A DNA stretch of 64,000 nt from Okamejei kenojei. Lineage: Eukaryota. Below the pieces are notes generated by a model. The model saw only the letters and a program-made list of their open reading frames with translations. It was not told the origin of the DNA and searched no databases. The stretch is from assembly GCA_035221665.1 (NCBI GenBank), contig CM069157.1, positions 19,778,001-19,842,000 on the forward strand. The letters are read 5' to 3'. The first letter of the stretch is position 1. Each line of letters begins with the position of its first letter. A program made the position numbers and the translations under genes. Shown here one piece after another: positions 1-10,755 of this stretch.

Positions 1-179
1 TTAACAAACACAACGACCTTTTAGGGCAAGGCCAACAGCGGCCTGCATGGAAAATGCGGCCGCCGGCCCGTCAACCTCCATAACGTCCACCCAAAGCACC
101 GTATGTACGGAACCGCCGTTCACTATGGAGGTAAGGGGGTCTGGCTCCTCTCACGCCGTAGTATCCCTCCTGCACGAAT

Positions 180-1620
180 AGGTGGGCGATTGCGGGCGGC
201 CTTGGACATATGGGAAAACTGTCACCACAGATGAGTTTATTTTACAAAGTGTTCAAGGGTATATAATTTGTTGGAGGTATAAATTCCCCTACCCAGCATT
301 CGCCTCGTAGGAATTTACTCTATCCCAAAAAGAGGTGGAGGCAGGGCATGCTGAAATTATACGGCGAGCAGAAAAAGGGGTAATTGGCATAACCAAGCAT
401 GGACCTGTTGAGTTTGAGTCTAATATGTTCACCAGCAGTAAAAAAGAAGGGGGATGTCGGATTATAATAGATTTAACTGAGTTGAACACTTTTGTACAAT
501 ATACCCATGTCAAAATGGATACTTTTGGAACAGCTAGGCAGATGCTTTACCCAGGGTACTTTATGGCATGCATCGATTTGAAAGAAGCATGCTATACGGT
601 GCCCATCGCTAAGGCTCACAGGGAATTCTGAAGTTGTCTGGAAGGGTGCATTGCCTAATGGAATCATCACAGACCTACGCTGTTTACCAAATTGGTATTT
701 ATCTGTATTGGCTCTTCTCCGACAACAAGATTATAGTGATGGCATATTGGATGAAATCCTTATAGTGGGGCAGACCCTCCAATTGGCAATTCAAGGTGTG
801 GCTGCAACCAAGGCTCTGCTTGAGAAGCTGGGGTTGTAATCCATCCAGACAAATCAAAACTGCACCCGGTACGGGTTATGGATTTGGGGTTCACCCTAGA
901 CACCAATTTAATGAAGTTTATCATCGCAACTAATAAAGCTACTGCTATAATAGAAGAGTGCCACAATCTTGCTTGCGCCAGGGTACCGACCATTCGGTAA
1001 ACAGCAAAAGTTATTGGTATTGGTAACTCTAAATTGGTAACTACGTTCCCAGCTGCACGATTTGGAACGCTACACTACCGAAATTTACAAAGATCAAAAA
1101 TCACAGCATTAAAAAACAAATGCTGGCCGCTTTGATCGGCCAATTCGGTTACCACCGGAAGCTAGAAATGAGCTACAATGGTGGGTAGATAATATTAAAG
1201 AATGTCATTGACCTATTATTGTGAGCAACCCTGATGTTGTGCTACTAACTGACGCAAGTGCACCAGGCTGGGGAGCAACTGGTACGATGTCCAGTTGTGG
1301 TGGCAGATGGAACTCTCATGAGTCTACATTCCTGGAGTCACATGGGATAAACTATATAGAAATGCTGGGGGCATTTCATGGACTGCGGGCTTACTGTACT
1401 AATTCACGGGATTACATGTCCGCTTTCGAATAGATAATGCTACAGTAGTGGCTTACATCAATCATATGGGTAGTATCAGGTCGCTAGTTTGCGATGAATT
1501 GGCTAATACAATTTGGCACTGGTGCATTGAAAGAAATATTTTGATTACTGCAACCTATTTGCCTGGGAAGCTTAATTCAGTGGCGGACACCAGGTCACGT
1601 GTCTTCAATGACAACATTGA
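180..1620 (+). pseudogene. DIRS reverse transcriptase / RNase H, frameshifted
   Basis: Fragments: KKEGGCRIIIDLTELN, IDLKEACYTVPI, GILDEILIVG (degenerate YLDD), LLTDASAPGWGA, GINYIEMLGAF, YLPGKLNSVADTRSR. They lie in several frames with stops. Confidence 0.88.
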
Positions 1621-2044
1621 GTGGATGTTGAACCCCCAAATTTTGCAGATATTATACCTCATTTTGGGACACCAGATATTGACCTATTTGCGTCCAGGCT
1701 GAACCATCGAATACCAACGTATGTGTTGTGGGAACCAGACCCTGGGGCAATAGCAATGGATGCGTTTTTATCCATTGGGGGAAATGGTTTGCTACGCATT
1801 TCCCCCATTCTGCCTCACCAGTCGGGTATTGCAGAAAATTAAACTAGACTCTGCAACTGGCATATTGATCATTCCCGACTGGCCTATACAAACCATGGTA
1901 CCCGATGGTTGTAGAAATTTTAAAACAACCATGGATGGCGATTGGGAAACATCCCAAATTGATTACTCACTCCATTACGGGGGGGGGGGGGGGGTCAGTC
2001 ATCCTTGCCATGGTCATTTAAACTTGTTGGCCTGCAGGTTCTGA
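1621..2044 (+). pseudogene. DIRS DNA N6-adenine methyltransferase-like domain, frameshifted
   Basis: TPDIDLFASRLN (SAM-binding motif I-like), CYAFPPF (motif IV-like) and GILIIPDWP, directly after RNase H as in DIRS1 elements. Confidence 0.82.
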
Positions 2045-2069
2045 AAGACCACTCATCCGGTCAGGCATC

Positions 2070-2998
2070 TTGTTAAGAGCCATAGACCTTATCGCCGCAT
2101 CATGCCGAGAATCAACTCGGAAACAATACCTCACCCAAATCAGAAAGTGGGAGGCATTCTGTGCCCGGACCAACAAGTCTTCCAACTGGGCAACAATACC
2201 TGATGTGTTGGAGTTTCTAGCAGGCCTCCATTTCGATGCTGGCCTCAGCTACAGTGCCATCAACAGCGCCAGGAGTGCGCTGTCCTCATACCTGGATATA
2301 GGTGTCGGCTCCAACCACCTGGTGTCTAAACTAATGAGGGGAGTGTTCAACACCAACCCTCCACGACCCAGATATACAGTAACGTGGGATGTGGGGATCG
2401 TGCTGACCCTACTGAGGAGCTGGGCTCCAATAGATGAGCTACCACTGAAACAGCTCACCCTCAAGGTGGTGATGCTTATGGCACTGACTACAGCCCAACG
2501 AGCCCAGACGTTACAGAAACTGCGACTGGACAGCATGGTGGCCACCCCGGTCAAATAAATTTCTTTGTCAAAGAATTATTAAAACAGCACAGGCCAGGGG
2601 CGCATGGGCTGCAGTTGGAATTTCGGGCGTACCCTGTGGATGCCACTCTCTGCATAGTCACCCAACTCCACCACTACATCCGAGTTACTGGAGTTATCAG
2701 GATGAAGGAACAGGGGCTTCTCATCAGCCACAAACCTCCACATCATCGGGTGACTGTACAGACTATCGCCAGGTGGCTCAGGGTGGTGCTGGATGCAGCA
2801 GGAGTTGCTACTAACATTTTTAAGTCCCATTCCACCAGGGCTGCATCCATATCAGCAGCGAGAGCCATGGAGGTGCCCATGGACCACATTCTCGCCACCG
2901 CGGGCTGGGCCAGGGGGGAAAACCTTTCAACGGTTTACAACAAGCCTCTGGCCGCCCCTGCGACATTCGCAGAAGCTATCCTGGGTACCGCTCAGTAA
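2070..2998 (+). pseudogene. DIRS tyrosine recombinase (YR), frameshifted near 2555-2615
   Basis: LSYSAINSARSALS, PRYTVTWDV, TTAQRAQTL (catalytic R), SHSTRAAS (HxxR), AGW, YNKP (catalytic Y). Confidence 0.9.
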
Positions 2999-3195
2999 AT
3001 GTCTGGCCCCGATTTAGGGGTTTGTTGTTTATTTGATTAATAAATTGTGTTGATTTTTCAGCCAGTTTCGACTGAACTCCATTAACAGCCTTCCTCCATC
3101 AGACTGGCGGCAGTGTGATAAGCATGGACGTTGTCCACGGCGTGAAATCACAGAGCTTTGAAATCTTCACGAAGTCACTCACGTGACTCCGAAGT

Positions 3196-3498
3196 AAAAT
3201 AGTAAGATTAAACGAGAACTTACCAAGTTTGAAGGTTGATCTGTATTTTACGAGGAGTCGCGGTGAGGGATTTCGTGCCCACCGCTCCCACCCTCTATCA
3301 TAAGGTCAACCAGGTAGTTCTACGTTTTCATCTTACTATTTTTTAGTCATGGTTTGGTTCTGTGATTCCACACCGCTGCTTTAAAGGATGCCGCGCATGC
3401 GTGCTGGCGGGGTCTTCACGAAATCCCTCACCGCGACTCCTCGTAAAATACAGATCAACCTTCAAACTTGGTAAGTTCTCGTTTAATCTTACTATTTT
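3196..3498. repeat. Perfect 82-bp inverted repeat (3196-3277 / 3417-3498): DIRS ICR and right terminus
   Basis: Arms compared base by base: AAAATAGTAAGATT...GATTTCGTG versus CACGAAATC...AATCTTACTATTTT. Confidence 0.95.
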
Positions 3499-3590
3499 GG
3501 ATGATCAGCCATGATCATATTGAATGGCGGTGCTGGCTCAAAGAGCCGAAGGGCCTATTCCTGCACCTATTTCCTATGTTTCTATTCCAT
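3499..3590 (+). mobile_element. CR1 LINE 3' tail remnant (host of the DIRS insertion)
   Basis: GGATGATCAGCCATGATCATATTGAATGGCGG...CCTATGTTTCTAT matches the CR1 tails at 58108-58213 and 54358-54470. Confidence 0.85.
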
Positions 3591-4067
3591 TCAATGAATG
3601 CAGTTTAGTCCTGTATGTAGTTCCACCTCCTGTTTTTGTGAGAGATTAAATTTAGCCCTCAATTTCAAGAGTTCAAGAGTTCAAGACAGTTTATTGTCAT
3701 GTGTCCCAGATAGGACAATGAAATTCTTGCTTTGCTTCAGCACAACAGAATATTGTAGGCATAAATAAATACACAACAGATCAGTGTGTCTATATACCAT
3801 TGAATATATTTATACACACATAAATAAGCATATAAAGTGCAATAGGTTATTAAAGTTCAGATTTTTGTTTCAGTTGCGTTTAATAGTCTGATGGCTGAGG
3901 GGATGTGGCTGTTCCTGAACCTGGATGCTGCAGATTTTAGGCTCCTGTATCTTCTAACTGTGTGTGGTGGCCAGGATGGTGTGGGTCCTTGATGATGCTG
4001 CCAGCCTTTTTGAGGCAGCGACTGTGGTAGATCCCCTGGATAGTAGGGAGGTCAGAGCAGATGATGG

Positions 4068-6149
4068 GGGGCTGTCTCTGTCTTACAGATGATGGGGGGC
4101 TGTCTCTGTCTTACAGGAACAGTTTCAGCAAACAGACTGGAGTCTGTTTGCCACCCAGGCCACCTTCAACTCCCATGTGGACATCAACTCATACACCTCA
4201 ACCGTTCTGGACTACATAAAATTCTGCACGGACAACGTCACTACACACAAAGTAATAAGGACCTTCCCTAACCAGAAGCCGTGGATGAACAGGGAGGTCA
4301 GACTCCTGCTGAAGGCTCGCGACGCCGCTTTTAAATCTGGCGATGCTGAGGGTTACAGCTCATCCAGGGCCAATCTGAAAAAGGGAATTAGGAATGCTAA
4401 ACTTAATCACAAACGGCGGATTGAGGAGCATTTCCGAAATAACTCTGACCCCAGGCGCATGTGGCAAGGAATCAAATCCATTGCCGATCACCATAAAGTT
4501 AACACTCCCCCCCCAGACAATGCCTCCCTTCCTGACGAGCTAAACTATTTCTACGCCCGCTTCGACCGGGACAACAAAACTCCTGCCATCAAAGGTGCTC
4601 CACCCCCGCATGAACAACCCCTCAGTCTCTCCACCTCTGCTGTTCAGGATGCACCGAGCAAGGTGAATGAGCACAAAGCTGCCGGCCCCGATGGCATCCC
4701 CGGGCGGGTGCTCAGGGCATGTGCTGGACAACTATCCCTGGTCCTCACTGACATCTTCAATCTGTCACTGGCCCAGGGTGTCGTCCCCACTTGCCTCAAG
4801 ACATCTACCATTGTGCAAGTGCCCAAACAATCAGCAACAGGGAGTCTCAATGATTTCCGGCCAGTGGCACTCACCCCTGTCATCGCCAAGTGCTTCGAGC
4901 GGCTGATCTTGGCTCACCTCAAAGCCAGCCTCCCCCCCACACTGGACCCCCATCAGTTTGCCTACCGGACCAATAGGTCAACAGAAGACGCCATATCTGC
5001 GGCCCTACACTCTGCCCTGACCCACCTGGACAGCAATAACACCTACATCAGGCTGCTGTTCATCGACTTCAGTTCCGCCTTTAACACTGTCATACCCGCT
5101 AGCTTGATCACCAAACTCAGCGGTCTTGGCATCTCCACTTCCCTCTGCAATTGGACACTGGATTTCCTCACTAACAGACCCCAGTCTGTTAGGATCAACA
5201 ACCTCACCTCCTCCACTATAACACTGAACACTGGCGTGCCACAAGGCTGTGTGCTCAGTCCTCTCCTCTACTCTCTCTTCACCCATGACTGCATCCCTAA
5301 GTTTAGCTCCAACGCCATCATAAAATTTGCCGACGACACCACGGTGGTAGGACTGATCAGCGATAACGACGAGTCAGCCTACAGGGAGGAGGTCCAGCAC
5401 CTGACAACCTGGTGTGCCAATAACAACCTCGTCCTTAACTCCCAAAAGACGAAGGAGATCATTGTCGACTTCAGGAAGAACAGAGGGGGCAGACACACCC
5501 CCATCCATATAAACGGGACTGAGGTGGAGCGGGTCTCCAACTACAAATTCCTCGGGGTACACATCTCGGAGGATCTGTCCTGGTCCCTCAACACCTCCAA
5601 GCTGGTCAAAAAGGCGCAGCAGCGCCTTTATTTCCTGAGGAGGCTCAAAAAAGCCCACCTGTCCCCTCAGATCCTGACCAACTTCTACCGCTGTACCATC
5701 GAAAGCATCCTGACCACCTGCTTTACGGTCTGGTACAGCAGTTGCACCGTAGCAGACAGGAAGGCACTACAACGGGTGGTGAAAACCGCCCAGCACATCA
5801 TCGGTGCCCCGCTCCCTGCTTTGGATGCCCTCCACCGAAAACGGTGTCTGAGACGGGCTGGGAAGATCATCAAGGACCCCTCCCACCCTAACCATGGACT
5901 GTTTGCCCTCCTACCATCGGGGAGGCGGTACAGGAGCCTCAGGTCCTGCACCAGCAGGATGAGGAGTAGCTTCTACAATAACACGATCGCACTGCTGAAC
6001 TCGGAGTCCCGCCGATAGATTCCCACACCTGTATTTATTTATCTGCATTTATCTAAACATTGCTATCACTACGTACTGACACTAAACTGCATTTCGTTGT
6101 ACCCATACTTGTATCTGTGCAATGACATTAAATTTGAATTGAATTGAAT
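4068..6149 (+). mobile_element. Young 5'-truncated Rex1/Babar-clade LINE
   Basis: Uninterrupted RT frame, short 3' UTR and (TTGAA)n tail. Near-identical to the copy at 60474-61888. Confidence 0.92.
4096..6018 (+). CDS. Non-LTR reverse transcriptase (Rex1-type), open frame, no APE endonuclease and no ATG (5' truncated)
   Basis: [64 protein letters not shown]. Confidence 0.92.
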   Translation, partial: GAVSVLQEQFQQTDWSLFATQATFNSHVDINSYTSTVLDYIKFCTDNVTTHKVIRTFPNQKPWMNREVRLLLKARDAAFKSGDAEGYSSSRANLKKGIRNAKLNHKRRIEEHFRNNSDPRRMWQGIKSIADHHKVNTPPPDNASLPDELNYFYARFDRDNKTPAIKGAPPPHEQPLSLSTSAVQDAPSKVNEHKAAGPDGIPGRVLRACAGQLSLVLTDIFNLSLAQGVVPTCLKTSTIVQVPKQSATGSLNDFRPVALTPVIAKCFERLILAHLKASLPPTLDPHQFAYRTNRSTEDAISAALHSALTHLDSNNTYIRLLFIDFSSAFNTVIPASLITKLSGLGISTSLCNWTLDFLTNRPQSVRINNLTSSTITLNTGVPQGCVLSPLLYSLFTHDCIPKFSSNAIIKFADDTTVVGLISDNDESAYREEVQHLTTWCANNNLVLNSQKTKEIIVDFRKNRGGRHTPIHINGTEVERVSNYKFLGVHISEDLSWSLNTSKLVKKAQQRLYFLRRLKKAHLSPQILTNFYRCTIESILTTCFTVWYSSCTVADRKALQRVVKTAQHIIGAPLPALDALHRKRCLRRAGKIIKDPSHPNHGLFALLPSGRRYRSLRSCTSRMRSSFYNNTIALLNSESRR

Positions 6150-8121
6150 GGACTGGGCAGTGTTTACAACATTTTGCAGTTTTTTTCCGCTCGTGGACGC
6201 TCAAGTTGCCAAACCAAGCCACAATGCAACCAGTCAGCATGCTCTCTACTGTGCACCTGTAGAAGTTCGAGAGAGTCCTCCTCGACATACCTGGGACCAG
6301 GAGAGATCTTCGGAAATATGCATGCCCAGGAATTTGAAGCTTGTGACCCTTTCCACCATCGATATGAGTTTTTGTTGTCCAAGTGGAGTGGAGAGCCAGC
6401 GAGATCAGTCGTGGTGGTAAGTGAACTGCAGTGGGTCCAGGTTTTTGACGAGGTATGAGTTGATTTGTGCCATGATCAGCCTCTCAAAGCACTTCATCAC
6501 CACAGACGTTAGTGCCACTGGTCGATAGTCATTGGGGCACGTCACCTTGCTCTTCTTGGGCACTGGTATAATTGATGCCTTTTAAAGCAGGTGGGAAACT
6601 CAGACCGCAGAAGTGAGAGGTTGAGAATGTCCTTAAAAACTCCAGCCAGTTGGTCCATACAGGTTTTCAGAACACGACCGGGTATGCCATCGGGTCCAGG
6701 CGCTTTCCGAGGGTTCACCCCTCTGAAGGATTTTCTGACGTCGACCTCTGTGACTGTGACCAAAATACCATCATGGCGAATGGGGGCTCGGGAAGGCACA
6801 TCAGTATTCACTATCAAAGTGTGCGTAGAACACATTGAGCTTGTCAGGGAGTGATGCTTGAGCTGCCTCCTGATTTCACCTTGTAGGAAGTGATGGCATT
6901 CAAGCCCCGCCACAGTTGCCGAACATCCGTCTCATCCTCCAGCTTGGAGCAAAAGGCCCTTTTGGCCTTTTTGATGGCCTTACCAAGGTCGTATCTGGAC
7001 TTCTTGTAGACCTCTGTATCCTCGGACATGAATGCTGGTGTCTGGTCTTCAGAAGAGTGCGGATCTCATAGTTCATCCAAGGCTTCTGATTCGGAAACAC
7101 TCGGAAGGTTTTTGTCGGGATGCAGTCCTCCACACATTTCTTTATGAAGTCTGTAACGACTGTGGCGTAATCGTTGAGGTTCGTTGCCGAATCCCTGAAC
7201 ATTGCCCAGTCTACAGACTCCAAACAGTCCTGGAGTTGTTCCTCCCCCCGACCAGCTCTGAACAGTCCTCACCACATCTCCTCATACCCTCCGAGATATG
7301 TGGTGGTTCTGGTCGCAGAATTAAATTATTTTTAATAAGTGTAGCATTTCAGCAGATGAAGAAGATATCCAATTTCACAATAGGCCTTAGTCGTTTTCAC
7401 TGGCTTAAGTTTATTTCAATTACCGGTTCGTTCTACGCTTAAAAATTCTGGAAAGCAGAGTTATGGTTTCACCAGGACAGCTGCCGATAATCCTTTACTG
7501 TATCTACTATTTCTGATTAAAACTTATTTTATCTAATTGCTACTTTGTATCGGCACTTATGTACATGGTCCTCTTCAGAAAACGTTCCATTCTAACACTG
7601 GGGTAGCTGTTGTCTGTCTCTACAACCTCGAGATAATGTTAATTGCAATTGATTCCCATGGAGTAATTCCCAATCCTCGTATGTGTAAATCAATAATATA
7701 TACATTTTAACAACTTTTACTCATTCATCCATATGTTGTCGAAAACCTTGAGCTTTACATCAAAATTCCCATAGTCCCATGGCGGTTACATGGTGTTCTA
7801 TGAGGTCGAACTTCAGAAGAAAACCAGCATTTTTCTACAAAATAAAAACAAAAAAATTCTGGAAAAATTCAGCAGGTTAGGCAGAATCGGGGAAAAGATA
7901 AATAATGAATGTTTTAAATTTTGGATCCATCTGCAGAGAAAGAGAGAAATAAGCTTGGCTAGAGAGCAAAGAAGGAGGCGAGGGGGGTAAGTGGAACAAA
8001 GGAAACTTTGCTGTGCGGGAAACTTTTCAGGGGGCACAATGTGCACTTGAGGGCTCCTCTGTGTAACATGTTGCTAATGTTGTGTAGTCTGTGCAATAAT
8101 GTATACCCTTGCCTATTTCTT

Positions 8122-8517
8122 ATGGCTGACCATGGGTGTCTCCAGGGTTGGAGGACGCCAGTGCGTGACTTTGTTTAACGTGGGGAGACTGGTGCACAGA
8201 CAGCCACCACATGGTCCTTGACAGATCTGGGTCAGGATCCAGTGGCATGGAGTCCAAGGCGACCGGAGACCGTTATCTGCTGCAGCCTTCATCCGCCTTC
8301 CCAGCCGTTGTGATGCTCCACTAATTTCAGGAATCGTCCTCCGCCTGTTCCACCGTTGAGGTCTTGGTTGGATTGCTCTTCAACAGAGTCCTCCCCCTCG
8401 ACCTTACTGCCATGGGTGGCCCTATCAGGAACATAGCTCCAGACGGCATCGCTCTCAGGATCTCAGCACCACACAAGCTTTTAGACCACGACAAGGTGAC
8501 AATCCACGGAGATGCCC
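8122..8517 (-). mobile_element. ~390-bp non-autonomous RTE-derived element, copy 1
   Basis: Reverse-complement homologue of 23729-24122. The 5' end CACCTTGTCGTGG...TAGGGCCACCCA resembles RTE-clade 5' UTRs. Confidence 0.72.
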
Positions 8518-8602
8518 ATTGGGACAAGCTATAACAATGAAAGGAAAACTGTGAGGGGGGGTGGGCAGGCAACAAAATGGCCAGTTCTGATTCAAACAGT
8601 AA

Positions 8603-8905
8603 GGGAGCAGCACAGTGGTACAGTGGTAGAGTTGCTACCTTACAGCGCTAGAGACCCAGGTTCAATCTTGACTATGGGTGCTCTCTATATGGAGTTTGCA
8701 CATTCACCTTGTGCCCGCATGGGTTTTTTCTAGGTGCCCCGGTTTCCTCCCACTTTCCAAAGACGTGCAGGCTTATAGGTTAATTGGCCTCTGTAAATTG
8801 CAATAGTGTGTAGGATCGAACTTGCACACAGGTGATCATTGGTCCGCCTGGAATCAGTGGGCAGAAGGGCCTGCTTCCATGTTGTATCTCTAAACTAAAG
8901 TAAAC
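8603..8905 (+). mobile_element. tRNA-derived SINE (HE1/V-SINE-like)
   Basis: A-box TGGTACAGTGG, B-box GGTTCAATC, central CCGGTTTCCTCCCAC, CR1-like 3' end and (CTAAA)n tail. Seven related copies in the window. Confidence 0.85.
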
Positions 8906-8931
8906 AAGGTATGCATTGTCTAAAGTTGGCC

Positions 8932-9014
8932 AATTCTCCAACTTCAATTCAATGGCCTATAACCTACAACCCATTGAATTAGGTTGTAAGCCATTGAATT
9001 GAAGTTGGAGAATT
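8932..9014. repeat. Fold-back inverted repeat, 25-bp perfect arms (35 bp with 2 mismatches)
   Basis: AATTCTCCAACTTCAATTCAATGGC (8932-8956) versus GCCATTGAATTGAAGTTGGAGAATT (8990-9014). Confidence 0.9.
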
Positions 9015-9110
9015 TTATATTGAGTTCGGCTGGTTGCAACGAGCCCAGTCAAGAGATGAGGAACTGTTCCTCAAGCTTGCATTGGCCTTTATAATTATAA
9101 CATTGCAGAA
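9000..9110 (-). pseudogene. Penelope-like GIY-YIG C-terminal fragment
   Basis: Minus strand reads KLEEQFLIS*LGSLQPAELNIKFSNF, similar to LGSLHPSGMSI at 56966. Confidence 0.6.
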
Positions 9111-9165
9111 AGACACAGATCAAAGATCATGTTGGGAATAGGATGGTGACAGGCAACCAGAAGAC

Positions 9166-9330
9166 CATAAGATCATGAGGCATATGAGCAGAATCAGGCC
9201 ATTTAGCACATCAAACCTACTATGCCATTCAATCATGGCTATATTTCCCCCTCAACCTCATTTTCCTGCCTTCTCCCCATAACCTATGACACCATTCCTA
9301 AGCAAGAACCTATCAATTTCCGATATAAAA
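9166..9330 (-). mobile_element. CR1 LINE 3' tail fragment
   Basis: GCCATTCAATCATGGCT...CCTGCCTTCTCCCCATAACC is shared with the other CR1 tails. Confidence 0.75.
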
Positions 9331-10612
9331 ATCCGCTTTAAATCTGTTTTTCTCCCACATTCCAAAAATATGCTAATTTGATTATTAGTTAAATGGCTAC
9401 TGTAAGTTAGCCCAGTATAGGTGGGTGGTACGAGGAGGATGGAAGAGCAAATAAGAGCGAATGAATTACAAGGAAATAATGTTTGGGAATGCTCTGACAG
9501 TCAACATAGACTTGATGGGCAGAATGGCCTCCTTCCATGTTATGAGAATCACCCAAATCTAGTACACAATCAATTCTGTCCTATTATTAGATTGTGGACA
9601 TTGTTAGCATACACAACACTTATTGCCCATCTCTAATTGCCTCCTTGAGAAGGGGATGTGGAGGTACTTCCTTGTAAGTGCTGCTAGGTGCATAATGAAG
9701 GTTCTCCCAGAGTGGGTGGAGAGTATTAAAAGTCTGACCCGTCGAAGCGAAAGGCAAGGTAATGATTCTCTGAGTCAGAAGAGCATGCACGGTGGAGGGG
9801 AGTCTGCAGGTGGTGGTGTCCTCAGGCACCTGTAGTCCCACACTGTGCCCCAGTGCGGAGAGGGTCTTGGGAGGAACTGTCAAAGATCCCCATGACAAAG
9901 CAGTGAGCACCTTCCTAAAAACAGAACATATTCAGATTAATAGTGTGATGTGACAAATAACTCCACTCCTGAGATTGGAGCATAACTATCTTCTGATTTC
10001 ATTCTTCACAATTTATCAGGCTCGTCTCACTTATGGGGATATTCATCATATCACACTGCTGGCTACAACCGATCATCTATTTATAGAGGTTCCCAATGGT
10101 GTCTCTTGAGCTAACATCTGTGGAAAACTTGCTATCAATTATACATGAACATAACGTTTTCTTTAGAAGTGAACATGAATAGGGAACCATGTGATCAAGC
10201 AGCAGGAAAGTTGACCTCCTGGTAGAAGCTCAATCTTTTTCTTGCTAATTCCGTTGTTTTCAACATCTGAATCAGATGTTTGCAATAAAGGCTGCATCTG
10301 GATATTGTTGCAGTCAGCTAAAGGGTTCCCTAACCTCCAGCAAAAGTACTTAGACTTTTAAATAGAGAGGAAAAGGAAAGAGAGATAAGGATAGAAAAAA
10401 ACTGAAATAACATTAGCAAGGAATTGAATTATTAAGTGCCAAGGTTTTGTACACTATTTAGTTTGATTTTATTTTTAAAAAATAAAGTGCGCTGGAAAAT
10501 TGTTAGCTTGTTTCACATTGCAGTCAGTGATCTTCTGACCATATCCACACTATGTCACATCCCCAATCTACTCACTAACGCATCCTGGCACCTGACTCTT
10601 ACACAAGCATCT

Positions 10613-10755
10613 TCTCCTCCTTCTTCTTTCGTGTGGCGTGCACAGCCTAAAGTTGTTGGACAACTTGCTCTATTTGATCTTCTGTTTGTGCACGTCGAGT
10701 TGATTGCATTAGTCGAAACAGGGCGGACCACGTGAAGGTTGCAATCTTCCACCCC
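10613..10755 (-). mobile_element. Ribozyme-headed short retroelement, family A copy 1 (143 bp)
   Basis: 12-bp TSD ACACAAGCATCT (10601-10612 / 10756-10767), GAA-type 3' tail, homologue at 58974-59111, no pol III boxes. Confidence 0.9.
10702..10755 (-). ncRNA. Predicted minimal HDV-like self-cleaving ribozyme (54 nt)
   Basis: GGGGUGG-AA-GAUUGCA-ACC-UUCACGU-GGU-CCGCCCU-G-UUUCGA-CUAA-UGCAAUC: 7-bp P1 with G1.U wobble, 7-bp P2, 3-bp P3, 7-nt L3, tiny UUCG P4, J4/2 CUAA with candidate catalytic C at 10712. Confidence 0.82.

Larger units (their letters stand above)
1..3498 (+). mobile_element. DIRS1-type tyrosine-recombinase retrotransposon, 3' part (5' end outside window), ORFs disrupted
   Basis: Order RT, RNase H, methyltransferase-like, tyrosine recombinase, then an internal complementary region (3196-3277) that is the exact reverse complement of the right terminus (3417-3498). 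The element ends in TTTT. Confidence 0.93.
3664..7285 (-). mobile_element. Older Rex1/Babar-type LINE, decayed, split by a younger Rex1 insertion (pieces 3664-4067 and 6146-7285)
   Basis: Minus-strand fragments [34 protein letters not shown]. The sequence continues across the insertion (GATGATG|GACTGGGCAG). The 3' end has a (CTCTTGAA)n tail. Confidence 0.85.
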
